Positions 50,188 to 63,315 are shown, counted from the first letter of the whole stretch. The stretch: 63,803 nt of DNA, filler included, from Phoronis australis (GCA_002633005.1; 9 parts of 9 records of this genome joined end to end with filler, not necessarily neighbours in it), one strand, 5' to 3'. The notes: generated from the letters alone by a model not told the origin. Program-made: numbers and translations.

Positions 50188-51652
50188 GGGAGCTAGCTGC
50201 TTGAGCTCTGCCTGGTAGTTACAAAAGGTACCCACATCATGAGAACTTATTTTGATCTTTTCGAATATACCTCTATTACCATGAGTAAAGAAGGGAGTAC
50301 TGCATTTGCCATTACACCTGAACAGAATTGCTGGATGTTTGCCGAGGTTCGCTGCCTCTTGCCTCTACGTGACGCACATGATTACATTCTGCTTGACTAT
50401 TTATTAGGGTCAGGCTATGAAGCGTACGATTGAAGGTCATTAAGCAGTTGCCAATCATAACGATGGACAAGCACGTCACGTAGTGGGGAGAGAGTGAACC
50501 TCACCACAGCAACAGGTAGTCATATGCATCATGTAGCCGCTAGATTGCAAACATTGCCAAACTTTTGGCGATTCTATGATCCTAAGTAATGGTGTTTGCA
50601 ATACTCCCTTTGTTACTAACCGCATGGTGTATAGTAGAGGTATGTTCTACAAGATCGAAATAAGGTCCCATGCTTGACCAAGGGCACCGCTCATATCCAT
50701 TAGACATGTGTCTTGTGGTGAAGGTAAAACACAAACATGAAGGGTTTTGGTCATGTATGTGACACTTTCAGGGAGTTATAGTTAAACTACATTGGTCAAG
50801 TAAAATACTAGTGACTCTTGTGTAGTGTACACTTACACTACTGTGGCCAATAGCCACTTAAAGGGTCCATTTTAAAATCTTTGCCTTTTAGTATCAAATA
50901 AAATGGCAAAATATTCATTTCCAATGTCTATTAGTGATCACCACACTATACTCACAATTTTTTTATAAAAACAACAAGATTTGCAGAGATATTTGACAAC
51001 GAAAGTCATCTCCCAAGTGTTTTTTGGGGGATGAAATATGTTTGTCAAAAACATGTTTTCTCGAGGGTGAAATATGTGCCCCCTAGAGTTCATAACAAAG
51101 CTTGGTATTCCTGTAGTCGGTTTAGCAATCTCTATTTCATAGAAGTCCAGCTGACTGTATAAATTGTTTTTAAACAGAATTTTTTTTTAATACGTGTACT
51201 TCAAATTATGTATCAATAGGTGCTGCAGCACAGCATGTTCTAAAAATGTACAAAAAGTGATTTGGCGTGACTTGTTTGTTGTTGGGTACATAGAAATATA
51301 CAAATGACTAAATTTTAGAACAAAAATTATCTTCTTTTTGCAACCAAGTTGAAGGGTATTTTAGGTACTTGTGCACAGGTTATATGTTTCCTGATGAGCA
51401 AAATGATATAAACTGGTGTTGAATAACTTAGAAAATACAATCCAATAACATCAAAAGGTCAATTTCTGGTGANNNNNNNNNNNNNNNNNNNNNNNNNNNN
51501 NNNNNNNNNNNNNNNNTTAATTAATTAANNNNNNNNNNNNNNNNNNNNNNNNNNNNNNNNNNNNNNNNNNNNGGGTGTGGAGGTCAGGGGGGCTTTAGAA
51601 CAATCTCTGCAAACCGCTTTGGACGTGCAATGTCTCAAGGAGACCAACTTAC

Positions 51653-54553
51653 TATTTCACAATCGTTAGTCGTAAAAGATGTGATGCAGTTAAACGTCAC
51701 TCCATCAGTTGAAGTGAAGATCTTCATTGAAGTCACCCATTGGTGATGCGGATCAGATATATTTCTACCCTAATAAATAAATAACATAACTTTTTAAAAA
51801 TCAAACCCTCGACAGCTTGTTTACTTCTCTAGCTGAAAATGCTAAAAAGGATATTTTCCCGGAAAAATACGATAAAGCTTTAACAAAAGTAACATGCATT
51901 GTTTACCACTGTTTATGACCAGGAAACACCAGCAGGGTTGAAAATACGACGTAGTTTTTAAGCTTTTACGTGATATTAGCACTCTGAACGAATTAGCCGG
52001 GCGTCTTTTTAGAAGAACGTTTTAGTATGTACGTAAGGTTGCCAAATATCAGCAGCATCTAGTATTTTTTTAGGAATGACTCAGCTTACCTGAGTTGCGG
52101 TCTTCGTTACGTAGTACAGCTGACCGAGATCAACCTGAACATAGTCACTTGGGTCAGAGTTATATAAAGCACACCAAGCGCTCTCTTTATTCAAAGAAAG
52201 GAAGGTTAAAGGGCATGCAGAGTGCACACTGGTAGCTTTGATAGATTCTACAGGGACTGCACCGCCTGTGAGACCAAGAGGGCGACCACCGGACAGCACA
52301 TCTGTAATACATTGACGTATATTGTGTACTGTAAATGCTCAAATTTAGTGCCCCAGGATAGGAAGACGTTTTTATTACGAGTACACATGGGCGGCGCACC
52401 ATAGGGAGCTGGAGGGCTATAGCCCCCACTTTTTTCAGTGCTACGCCGATAGGCGGTGAGCCACAGGGGGGCTCAGGGGGTTTTAGCCCCACCCCCACTT
52501 TTTCAGTACTGCATCGCCCATGGTACAACACTAAAATACATAGTTCTCAAGCACAAGCTGTATTAGATGGATGAATCAGAATTTTTAGCAGAGTATTGCA
52601 CGTGCGACAACGGCCACATCCGTACCCAAGTAGCCGTACATGTGTACGGTAACTTAAGTCCCACGCAGCGCTAAGTAGGTCAATCCGGATTATCAACTTT
52701 AAATAAATCAAGTTTTGTGGGGGCGAATGTTTCCTTTGAAGCAATCGATAAAATCTCATTTGGTTCATGGTTTTATGGTGAGTAATTAAGAACGCTAACT
52801 CTCTTTAAAGAACACCTCCGCATTAATTTAGACCATGATTTAAAAGATGACTCTGCTGTGGGATTTTAGGAAAATATAGGTAAAATAGCTAGCCAAAATA
52901 TACGGGTCTCTTATTGTCGTTTACATATTAAAGAACTTGATCTTTAACGGTTGAAATAGGCTTCGTAACTGACGGTTTGGGAACATGGGCGTATCCCGCA
53001 GTAAGCCTGTATTGTCAGAAGCTGCCACAGGTTTATGTGCAAAAATTTTGGTTGAAACACGAGCTTGCTCGATGCACTTTGGCGAATACCCAGCTACATG
53101 AAGACATAGAGCTTACCTTCTAATATTCGCACTCACATCCGTCCTTGGAATTATCAATGAAAATACAAATGTGCGGTTAAAATATCGCTTCAATAAGAAT
53201 ATGGTATTCATTGAGATGCTGACCTACGCGCAAGAGGCTTGGGCAAGGTAACATATGTGTGTTGAATCTTGAATAACAGATGTGTTAAAATGTCTGCGGA
53301 AGACACTTTTGTTCCTTCCTCCCTCCCTCGTTGCTTCCCCTCTCTCCGTGCCCCTCCTCCCTGCCTGCCCTATCCCCCTCTCCCGCTACCTCTCCCGACC
53401 TCCCTCCGAGTCCAAAATCGAAAATGTGCTCTTGATTTAGATATACAGCTGTCCCCACTCCAGTTACGTTGTGAGCCCGGATATTCCCACGCAATATCAC
53501 TTTAATTTGTGACACAGAACGATACGCATGATTATTTAACGTTTAGCATACTTTTTGCCACGAGTGGGTGTACGCGGGGATGAGCTGTCATACCATACCT
53601 GCCCTCTTGTGGCGCTTTTTATTTTTTAACTTTCCAGACATTATTTCTTCATCTCAGTAATATTTCCTATCTACTGCACACAAGTATGTTGACGTACGGA
53701 ATATCACTTGCCAGATTATGGTCTCTTGTTCAGCTCTCGGGAAAACACTGTTAGTTTCACGGGTCGCGTCCTATGCCGACCATCAATGTTGTTGCGAAGA
53801 AGGGAACTGGTTATGCAAGTGAGTGTTTACGGTACATAGCACCATCAACATGCGCGTGGGAGCAGGGGAGTGGCTAGTCGGAAGTCCCCACAGTGAAAGT
53901 GTCACGATCGAGGCACATTACACTCGAATTACACGTTAAACATTAACCCGACCTTTAGGGTCTTCCCGTGTTTCTTGGTAGTGCACGTGTGTTGTATAAT
54001 TGTACTTACATTTGTGTTCTGCTGTATATCCATATAGTTCCGCTCGCAGCACCACCCAGCCCGTCCATGACTTGGGGTAGAATCGAACAAAGCGAGCCGC
54101 CATTCTTCTAGCCAGAACGTTCGAAACCACCGTGGAATTGTCAAAGTTTCCGCTAAACAACTGTTCATGAATTCAAACAAATGATTAAAAACAAAATATA
54201 GTATACAAATCAAAAACATTCGAAGCTATTATAAGCCCGCCTTGTATCAAAAATAATAAATTAAAAATTGACAGCCTCGACAGAAAACAGGTCGGTTGTT
54301 ATGAAACTCATCTTTACACAAAACAGCGAGTTCGATTTCGCTCAGTTACAACTGTACATTTACATGCTGGCAGTTGCCAAAGATCACTTGAAAATCTTTC
54401 CTAAAGGAATTTTTATTTTTGCCACGTTACAGGGACGGTCATTCCTACCTTACAGTCAGACGCGATTGTTTCCTTAAAACAGTTGTACGTGACATCGTCG
54501 TTTGAGTAGTGAAGTTCATATGTTTCCAGCCATTGATTACAGCAGGACCTGCC
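51653..54553 (-). CDS. Protein with tandem coagulation factor 5/8 type C (discoidin) domains; internal fragment
   Basis: In-phase exons 54449-54553 (GRSCCNQWLETYELHYSNDDVTY..), 54010-54160 (LFSGNFDNSTVVSNVL..ARFVRFYPKSWTGWVVLRAELYG), 52090-52301 (PLGLTGGAVP..AWCA..YVQVDLGQLYYVTKTATQ) and 51653-51769 (GR..QWVTSMKIFTSTDGVTF). These carry hallmark FA58C motifs. Confidence 0.9.
52386..52522. mobile_element. 137-bp hAT-like MITE with 5-bp TSD
   Basis: TIR CATGGGCG / CGCCCATG, with GTACA at 52381-52385 and 52523-52527. Confidence 0.75.
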
Positions 54554-55358
54554 CTGAAATATAATTCACACAAAGCGCGAGGAAAGGGTTTGTGGCTGAG
54601 TAAAGAGAGTACCTGAGGTGCTGAGTCATGTACATTTTAACAGTGTTGTTCACCGACATCTCATTGAGAGACGCTTGGTGTTTCTGATTACTACACAATT
54701 ACTACATAAGGATGCTATTAATTAAATTTCTTTGACTTCGTACAGACTACAAAAATTAGAAGATCTCAAACTTGAACCCATTCCACTTGTTGTGCGATAG
54801 CCAAGCTTTTATTTTGAACTTGAGATGTCGCCAAAGACAAAGAAATCCACAACCCTACTTGTTTTGAATCACAAGTAAAAACTATTGTAATAGCGATTTT
54901 TGGTCTTATAGTCTCATGCAGTGTCGTTTTTAAAAGAATGGTTTGGTTATGTCTTGGGTTGGAACCCATTTGCTATGAGGGAAATAGAGTGGGAATTTTT
55001 AATACGCGAGTTTCATGTAGAATTTTATAGCACACGGTAAAACCATTTAAAAGAGCTGTTCAACTGCCATGTGAATAAAACAGTGAGTCAGGTAGCCATC
55101 CAGTTACCATTTTTTCTGATTAAAGTCAGACTTAAAAACCTTTTTCGTGAACAGCCTATTGATAGATGACGGGGCTCTCATGTTTATCTCAAGTGTTTTG
55201 TGCCGTGTCCCCAACATCAGGCCGCCTGTACTTTTTATCTATTTTTGGAAAGCAAGATNNNNNNNNNNNNNNNNNNNNNNNNNNNNNNNNNNNNNNNNNN
55301 NNTTAATTAATTAANNNNNNNNNNNNNNNNNNNNNNNNNNNNNNNNNNNNNNNNNNNN

Positions 55359-57570
55359 GCACAGTAAATGGACCGGAAGCTTGCTACAAGTATACCGGAA
55401 ATTGTTTACTTCCGGCTAAAGATGGCGGAAATATCGGCGATCGCGCATGCGCACCTCGATTTTGGCTTAAAAACGTTTTCTCCTCTAGAGGGCGCATTAT
55501 CAGACAAATTCCTTCGAATTTTTACAGGTATTAGTTTCTTGTAACATGCTATTATACAAAGCCGAAAAACCGGAACTTGCATTCAAGATGGCGGATATGG
55601 CACATGTTGACCCATTTTCAGTCGTCTGGAGCGCAATTTTAAACGGGAAGAGAAAAAGACGTGATTTTTTGCATGTAGATTCTTTGCAGTATAATCTTTC
55701 AAATGGCCTGTAACAATTTTTTTCTCAGACTTACCGTTTTCGAGTTATTTGAGTTTGAAATTCTTAAAAAACGCAAAATTTCATTTTTTTCGAAAAATTT
55801 ACAGAATTAGGCGATACCATCAGTTTAGATAGAGCTTTGCACGGGCTTTCAGAAGATGCTTTCCATTTTTCTCTACGACGTCAACTTTTCGAGTTATTTG
55901 AGATTTTGTGATAACGCTGCTCCTTTGTTGAGCGCTCTTGCTGCATTCAGGTTGGTTTAGCTTCTATTGAACTAGACTGCAGCCTATTTCTTAATGATTT
56001 ATGACATCTAAATTCGTCATATGAATGTTAAGATGTTCTTGATCATGGCCACCAGCAACATCATATTCGTCATCTTCGTCATCATCTCCGACGTTGTCTT
56101 TTCTTCAGTTAATTTCGCCAAGTGTCGCTCAAGACTGTAGCCTATTTCTTAGTGATTTCTGACCTATACGTTCGTTATATGAATGATATCATAACTACGG
56201 TTGTCCATTATCGCCACCATCGTCCTCATAGCTGTCATCTTCGTCATCATCTCTGTCTTCGTCTTTTCTCGTCCTCTCGAACGTGTTTTTTTTGGTTAAT
56301 TTCGCCAAGTTTCGCTCCTCAGAGCGCTTTCATTTTTTGATTGTTCGCTCTCTACAGGTCGCAATTCTGGTCCAATTTTCACGAAATTTGCACAAAACAT
56401 GTAGATCGGGAATCATTGGAAAGCTATTGTTTTTGGTCATGATCGGATACAAAATGGCGGACGAGGCGGCCATTTTGTATCCGATTTTACAGTCAAATAC
56501 ACGTAGAGGCCGCATTTTTCGACCTACATAGCTGAAAATCAGCACGAATATACTAGAACGCATATGCTACAAATGTACAGAAAATTGTTGACTTCCGGTT
56601 TAAGATGGCGGAAACATTGGACGTGGCGCATGCGCACCCCGAAATATGGCTAGAAACGTTTTCTCCTGTAGAGGGCGCAATTGCAAACCAATCACTTTCA
56701 AACTGGTCACGTGTTTGTTGAGTTTAATGAGCTTTTATAAAAAATTATTGAACCGGAAGTCACCTTCAAGATGGCGGCTGGGGGGCATGTTCACACGGTT
56801 TCAATCGCTCTGGTGTCGCATTTTTATGGGAAGAGCAAATGACGTGAATTTTTGCATGTGGATTCCTTGAAGTATGGCCTTTCAAAAAGTCTGCGAGAGC
56901 GTATTTCTCAGACTTACTGTTTTCGAGTTATTGGACTTTGAATTTCAAAAAAACGGCAAATTTTCAATTTTCTGGAAAAATTTTTGGATTTTTGCCAAAC
57001 TACCACTCTAGATAGAAATTTGAACGGGCTTTCAGAAGATACTTTCCATTTTGCGCTACGACGTTTACTTTTTGAATTAATTGAGATTTTCGGATACCGT
57101 TGTTCCTATGCAAACGCGCAGGTGGCTGGCTTTCAGTTCACTTTGTTTTGGTTATGCCTATTAGATAGAGATTTGAACGGGCTTTCAGAGGATACTTTCC
57201 ATTTTGCGCTACGACGTCTACTTTTTGAATTATTCAAGATTTTCGGATACCGTTGTCCCTATGCAAGCGCGCAAGTGGCTGGCTTTCAGTTCACTTTGTT
57301 TTGGTTATGCCTAGTTAACCCAGACTGACCCAGCCAGCACTGTCCTACTTTAAAGCATGGCTCGTCCGTCACGTTGCGCCATCTATTGTTCTTTATTGTA
57401 GTTGATTGTGTGCTCTGTATTTGATTTTTTGCTAGTCACATGAATGTTATTGTGTTTGACAAACTACCACTCTAGATAGAGTTTTGAACGGGCTTTCAGA
57501 TGATAATTTTCATTTTGCGCTACGTCTACTTTTTGAATTATTCGAAATTTTCGAATACCGTTGTTCCTTC
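55359..57570. repeat. Composite repeat array (Helentron/HINE-like internal repeats)
   Basis: ~55370-55920 is repeated at ~56540-57100. The block TAGATAGAG..GGGCTTTCAGA.GAT..TTTCCATTTT..CTACGACGT occurs at ~55826, 57008, 57162 and 57472, including a 154-bp tandem pair. AAGATGGCGG motifs recur. Confidence 0.75.
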
Positions 57571-59825
57571 GGTCACGTATGCACTCATTTGTGTTTTGGT
57601 GTGAAACTATGTCTTTAAAGGGGATGTTTAGTACATGAAACCCATGCCTTCTGTTGTGCTGTCAAAAATCTTGATTTGGGCCAAGCACTGTATATCAATC
57701 TCTTCTTGTTCTTTACTAGATTAGAAATGGTATCTGGGCTATAAGAAGAACTGAAAGGTTGCTATATTGTGTCGGACCATGTTCTTTGTGTTATTACTAT
57801 GTTTTTTGCTCTGGCTGGGTCATGTTTAGAACTTGTGTGTCTTTTCTTCTTTCAGAGACCAATTTTTGCTTGCAAGAAAAATGGAAAGTTTGCCAACTTC
57901 TTGTGGAAACATTGCGGGGAGATTCAGATAATGTATTGGCCCACGTTTTGGTGCTTTGAGTCACGACTACAAACTATAGTGGCAGTATTTTTGAGGGCCA
58001 CAGCCACTGTAAAATATAGAAGGTGAAGTATTATTTTATTTTCTAGCAGTCAACTGTATGTGATCTACCTTTTAGTGTATGTGTTGGCATCAGTTAAATG
58101 ACACTAAGGAATCTTGTTTTTTTATAAAATTTGTGAATTGAGGTTTTACCAGAAACGTAACATGGTTTGGAATGATCCAGAAAAAACACTTATCATAAAG
58201 ACACAGTTAAATTCCCATACATCTGAAATCATTATACCATCTTCAGTGTAACCCTTTTCAGATATCATTGAAGGTGTATAATACTTAGGGTTTGTCCACT
58301 CTGGCATACGGTAAAGTCGCGTGATTTTCGGACACTGAAAATTAATTCCAATAGAAAAAATTCATTCTTGGACGAATCTCNNNNNNNNNNNNNNNNNNNN
58401 NNNNNNNNNNNNNNNNNNNNNNNNTTAATTAATTAANNNNNNNNNNNNNNNNNNNNNNNNNNNNNNNNNNNNNNNNNNNNGGTGAAGAATAAGAAGATTT
58501 AAGATGAAAACTATTATCTCTGAACTGAAATTGAAGTGCTGAAATACGGTAAGAGGACTTATTTTTTTAGATTTGCTGTGTTTCTTGGTTCCCTCTCGAT
58601 ATTTTGTTATCTGGCTCGTATTTATTTTCGAGTACGATTTCAAGCACACTGCCATACCAAACTTGAAATTTGAGCATAGACTCCGAATTTTTACTCAAAA
58701 TCGTACTCAAAATATAGATGAGATACACTTCAGTTCGAGTACACTCGAAAACTGAGTACGTGCTTGAAATTTCGAGTACAGATTTTTCGAGTATGACATT
58801 GAATACACCAAAACACTCGAGTTGAGTATGAAGTGTGAGTTTGAGCATGATTCGAGTCTGAGTACGGAGATTGGAGACACAGTTATGCCTGTCGCAAGAA
58901 ATCGTACTATAAAGAACCGCCAGCGACTTTGGCACAATCAGTGCTAACGCCAACTTGTCTGAGATGCAATAAGCGAAAAACAAAATTTGACTTGCAGTTT
59001 TTTATTTTTTCAAGATGATACGCAAACATCCAGTAACATAATGCCAACCTTTGAATTCAGAAATAGAGAGACAGCAAATCGGCCAGCGAGGTACACTGTC
59101 CATTCGGTCGCTACACATCCTTGATAACCTGGCAATTACACTCATCAGAATAGGGAGAATTTGACATCTTTCCGTGAGTTATGGAAATTCTTTACAATAC
59201 GAGAGCTTCCTACCAAAAGGAAATTGGAAGGGTTGGCAAAACCACTGTCACATTTCTCTGGCCCGATTTTTTTCGAATATATGTTTTATCTAGTGCACTG
59301 CAGACAGAAACTCAGCGCGGCAGACCGTGTCACTAAAAGCGGAGGCATTGAAGCCAGCAGGGTTCTTAAAGTTTGCGAACATGGAAAGAAAATAAAGTGA
59401 CAAAACGTTCAAGTAAATATATTTCGAAGTAAATCCATGACCCGAGACAAGAATTTGTTACTTGTATTATAATTCACATTGCCAAACCGCCGGCTCGGAG
59501 GCCGTCATTGCACTCTAGTTGTGATCATCGATCTAAAAGTCAGGGAATCGCGCGTTTGCAGCACTGGGCGCTAAATCTTCAATCTTTAAAAGTCGGGGAT
59601 GGGCGCTTAACCGAGAGGTGGGCGCTTAACTGGAAATCTTCAAAAATCGCAGATGGGTGGTTAACCGAGCAGTGGGCGCTTAAATCGAAAATCCACCTAA
59701 AGTAGGGGGTGGACAGTTAACTGAGCATGGGCGTTAACCCGAATGTTTACGGTAGATTTGGAAACTACTGTTGCGATGACTTCGGAAACTAAAGGGATCA
59801 CCGTATTACAACTGTGCAGTATTAC

Positions 59826-59943
59826 CCTGCTCTTGAGTTTCCTGATCTCTGACGGTGTGAGTGTGTCGGCCTTGGCAATGACAGGAACAATGTTCACCTT
59901 TTTATGCAGTCTCTTCATAAAGTTTATGTCCACTGCACGTAAA
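59826..59943 (-). CDS. Septin GTPase exon (SEPT2/4/5-like subgroup)
   Basis: 118-nt AG/GT-bounded exon encoding [39 protein letters not shown], which includes the septin G4 motif AKAD. Confidence 0.93.
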
Positions 59944-60138
59944 CTGTAATCATATTAATATATGTGTAAAAACACAAAATTTATGCAAACACAGACATTC
60001 ATGATGGAACATTTGTTGACCTCTCAAGTCAGGAAATGATTTACTGTGTCAAGTACATTGAAACTGGCTAAATTTTAAAACCATGTTTGTGTTTTGTAAG
60101 TAGCAGCTGCACTTTAAACAGCCTTGGCACCTGATGTC

Positions 60139-60865
60139 AAAATACATAGTTTTCTAAAGGACTGTCAACTCAAGAACAAGTTCATCCTCATATTTTTATA
60201 TCAAAATTTACCATCCACGAACGGATGTAGGTGGCTGGTTAGTTTAATCTCACACGATGGGGTATCTATGGCTGTATCTAAGCACTCCATGCCTTTAACT
60301 TAGATTTAAAGCAAAATTTTTAGTAATTTTGACCTGTACACACATTCATACATACATGATTGGAGCAGGTGGTGTTAAAAGTGAACACCATATTTGCAAG
60401 TCAGGCTCCATAGAAACAACGGTGCTAAGACTTGAAGCTGGCAAACAGTAAAGCTCGGAAGAACCGTATGTAATATTTACAAAAACTATAAGGCCCCCCC
60501 CNAAAATACATAGTTTTCTAAAGGACTGTCAACTCAAGAACAAGTTCATCCTCATATTTTTATATCAAAATTTACCATTCACGAACGGATGTAGGTGGCT
60601 GGTTAGTTTAATCTCACACGATGGGGTATCTATGGCTGTATCTAAGCACTCCATGCCTTAAACTTAGATTTAAAGCAAAATTCTTAGTAATTTTGACCTG
60701 TACACACATTCATACACACATGATTGGAGCAGGTGGTGTTAAAAGTGAACACCATATTTGCAAGTCAGGCTCCATAGAAACAACGGTGCTAAGACTTGAA
60801 GCTGGCAAACAGTAAAGCTCGGAAGAACCGTATGTAATATTTACAAAAACTATAAGGCCCCCCCC
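60139..60865. repeat. 363-bp tandem duplication separated by a single N (probable assembly artefact)
   Basis: 60139-60501 and 60503-60865 are near-identical, with N at 60502. Confidence 0.9.
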
Positions 60866-61355
60866 TAGGACCTAGACTACAAAATAAGACGTTGATAACT
60901 CCACCAAAGATACGTGACATGTTTCTCAAGGTCTCTAGCCAAAAGTTAATTTTTTTGTCTTTTGACTTTGACTTTTAGCCTACCCCTGAGCAGGCTATGG
61001 ATTTCTGTCTTTTGGCTTTGAGTTGCAGATTTTCTGACTTTCAGCTTTAGTCCGATTTTCGTGAAGAAGACAATTCTTCAGGTAATTCTTCATACAAAAT
61101 GGCTGACAAGTGAAATTCTATTTTGTTCAAATTCTTCGCAAAAATAAAGATTACCAAAATTAAAGTCTATAGTTTGTACTATTTAGATGTCATAAAACAA
61201 CATTTGGTAAAAGTTTTTACTATTCACACCAACGTTATCAGCCTTTAAAAAGTGGAAAACGACAGTTCTGGCAATTATTTTTTTGTGAAATAAGTGAGGA
61301 ATTACTGTAGACTCGGCAAGAAACAGCCGTGTGGGGTCATCTTCATGAAGGAGGA

Positions 61356-61480
61356 ATCAATGACTTGATCACATTATCATGCGTAATTAATGACTTGATC
61401 TATGACGTTATCATGCGTAATCAATAACTTGATCACGTTATCATGCGTAATCAATAACTTGATCACGTTATCATGCGTAA
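61356..61480. repeat. 30-bp minisatellite at contig end
   Basis: About four copies of AATCAATAACTTGATCACGTTATCATGCGT run into the linker. Confidence 0.9.
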
Positions 61481-62048
61481 NNNNNNNNNNNNNNNNNNNN
61501 NNNNNNNNNNNNNNNNNNNNNNNNTTAATTAATTAANNNNNNNNNNNNNNNNNNNNNNNNNNNNNNNNNNNNNNNNNNNNCCATACCATGTTAAACATAA
61601 AATTTTTTCCAATTTTGCTGAAACTTGGCCACGTTTTTAACAAAATACTTATCTATGTTATGTGCTATCGGAAAATGTGATTGATTCATAAATAAGACCC
61701 TCACGCTGTGTTTTCTGCGAATCCCATGTATTCTGAAGGGGGCTAACTGAGTGATTTTCGCGCATGCGCAATTCACGGTTTCAATATTGCTGGTAATGGC
61801 TCCATTGCTCTATAAGGTCAAATCATGCAATAAGCGCCCGATTCTGCGAAAGATGGCGCATCGCAACTGCTGGAAGGGTTGAGCTGCGATAGCAATAATA
61901 ATGGTGCAGTTGTCAATAGGTGTCAAGTGCAGGGCTCTACGCTATGATATTTGCAAAAGATCATCACTGCATAAAAAAACTTCCACCCTATTCGACTTGT
62001 CGTTAGTTAGGCCTAGTTCAAAGCAGTATTTTGCCTTACCAGACGGTC

Positions 62049-62835
62049 TGGATTGTTCTAAAGCACCCTCAACCTCCACAACCCACGACCCCCTCAACTC
62101 ACAACTCCCACGACCCGCAGCACCCTCAACCTACGGCAATAGATGTATCTTTGCGCTTCTTACACATTTCATAATCATATTACGTCGCCGAATGACTTTC
62201 TCCAAGACTTGATGCAAATCTGCTCTGGCTCAAGTCTTGCGGTAGTAAAACCAGGAAGAGGCCTACGTAAGAATGTGATCTGAAATAGCAAATTGTGAGC
62301 GCGCTATTGTTGTTGCGGAAATAGTTCCACGAGTGGCTAACAATGGCCCGGTTCTAAACTTAGGGAGAGAGTACGTGAATGCACATACTTCACTTGTTTA
62401 TTATTTGCTATCTGTTGTGTACTCGTTTACAATAAATTCCATGTAACGTGGAGATACTCATTTTAGTTAGCATGTTTCCTCAAACTGTATTTACTGAAGA
62501 AATTACATATTGTCCGTTCTCGCACAAAAAGCTTGAGTCTGCCATTCACTGAAGAGCAGACGAGACGATTGCACTTTGCTGGAAACGACATTGATAACGT
62601 TGGTTAGTCTTTGATTCAAACTGGTTGGGTGTTTTTTATGTTTTTGGCCCTCAAACTTGTCGAACGGGCTCTCTTGATTGCAGAAAAACAGGGAAAAGCC
62701 AGCCGAGCACACGACCCGACTCGTTGGTCCTGCAATTCAGCGCTTGTTCGGATCTAGTCGAGCTTGTGTAGAGTGGGTTGAGGGGGTTGTGGGGTGTGCG
62801 GGTTGAGGGGGCCTAGAGGGTTTTAGAACAGTCCA
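62049..62835. mobile_element. TIR element with CCCTCAAC subterminal repeats
   Basis: TIRs TGGATTGTTCTAAA / TTTAGAACAGTCCA, with multiple CCCTCAAC on the left and GTTGAGGG on the right. A related end lies at 51573-51606. Confidence 0.65.
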
Positions 62836-63315
62836 TAAAGTTTGAATAAATATAATTATCATAACCCCCCCCCAGAGCAAACGCATGTGCCTACATGCAA
62901 ATAATGAGACTTATGACAATATGCCATGAACACCTTCATTTCTGAGCATTATTCATTTTATTTCAGTGTTTATGAAGCTTGCGGGGACACTAGCAGTTGT
63001 TCTCACTCTCTCACTTCAGCCTGGCCTGGGTACTTCAGACATGCTGTTGCAAGGCTTGTTTGTGAGTGGCACACTGATAGTTTGCTCTTTTGGCATGTAA
63101 CACCAAACAATCATGATCAGGAAGCAGAGATGATTCAATCAGACTTCAACCTGAATATGTGGTAGCGTGCTTTGTCAACTGTTGATGACGATGAGTCGCC
63201 GTACAGCTTGCATACAAACGGTTCGATGTCTTCCATGAGTTGATCAGGAAACACAAATGTTGAGCCCAAATTTAGTGACAAAGTTTAAAAAATATCTCTG
63301 CAAGCCTGCACCCTA

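Noticed and set aside
58238-58334. Possible minus-strand exon CPKITRLYRMPEWTNPKYYTPSMISEKGYTED
   Set aside because: It has a good acceptor but a weak donor, no partner exon and no recognised homology.
28327-59943. BABAM2, XPOT, discoidin and septin as a gene cluster
   Set aside because: Each lies on a different contig separated by artificial linkers.
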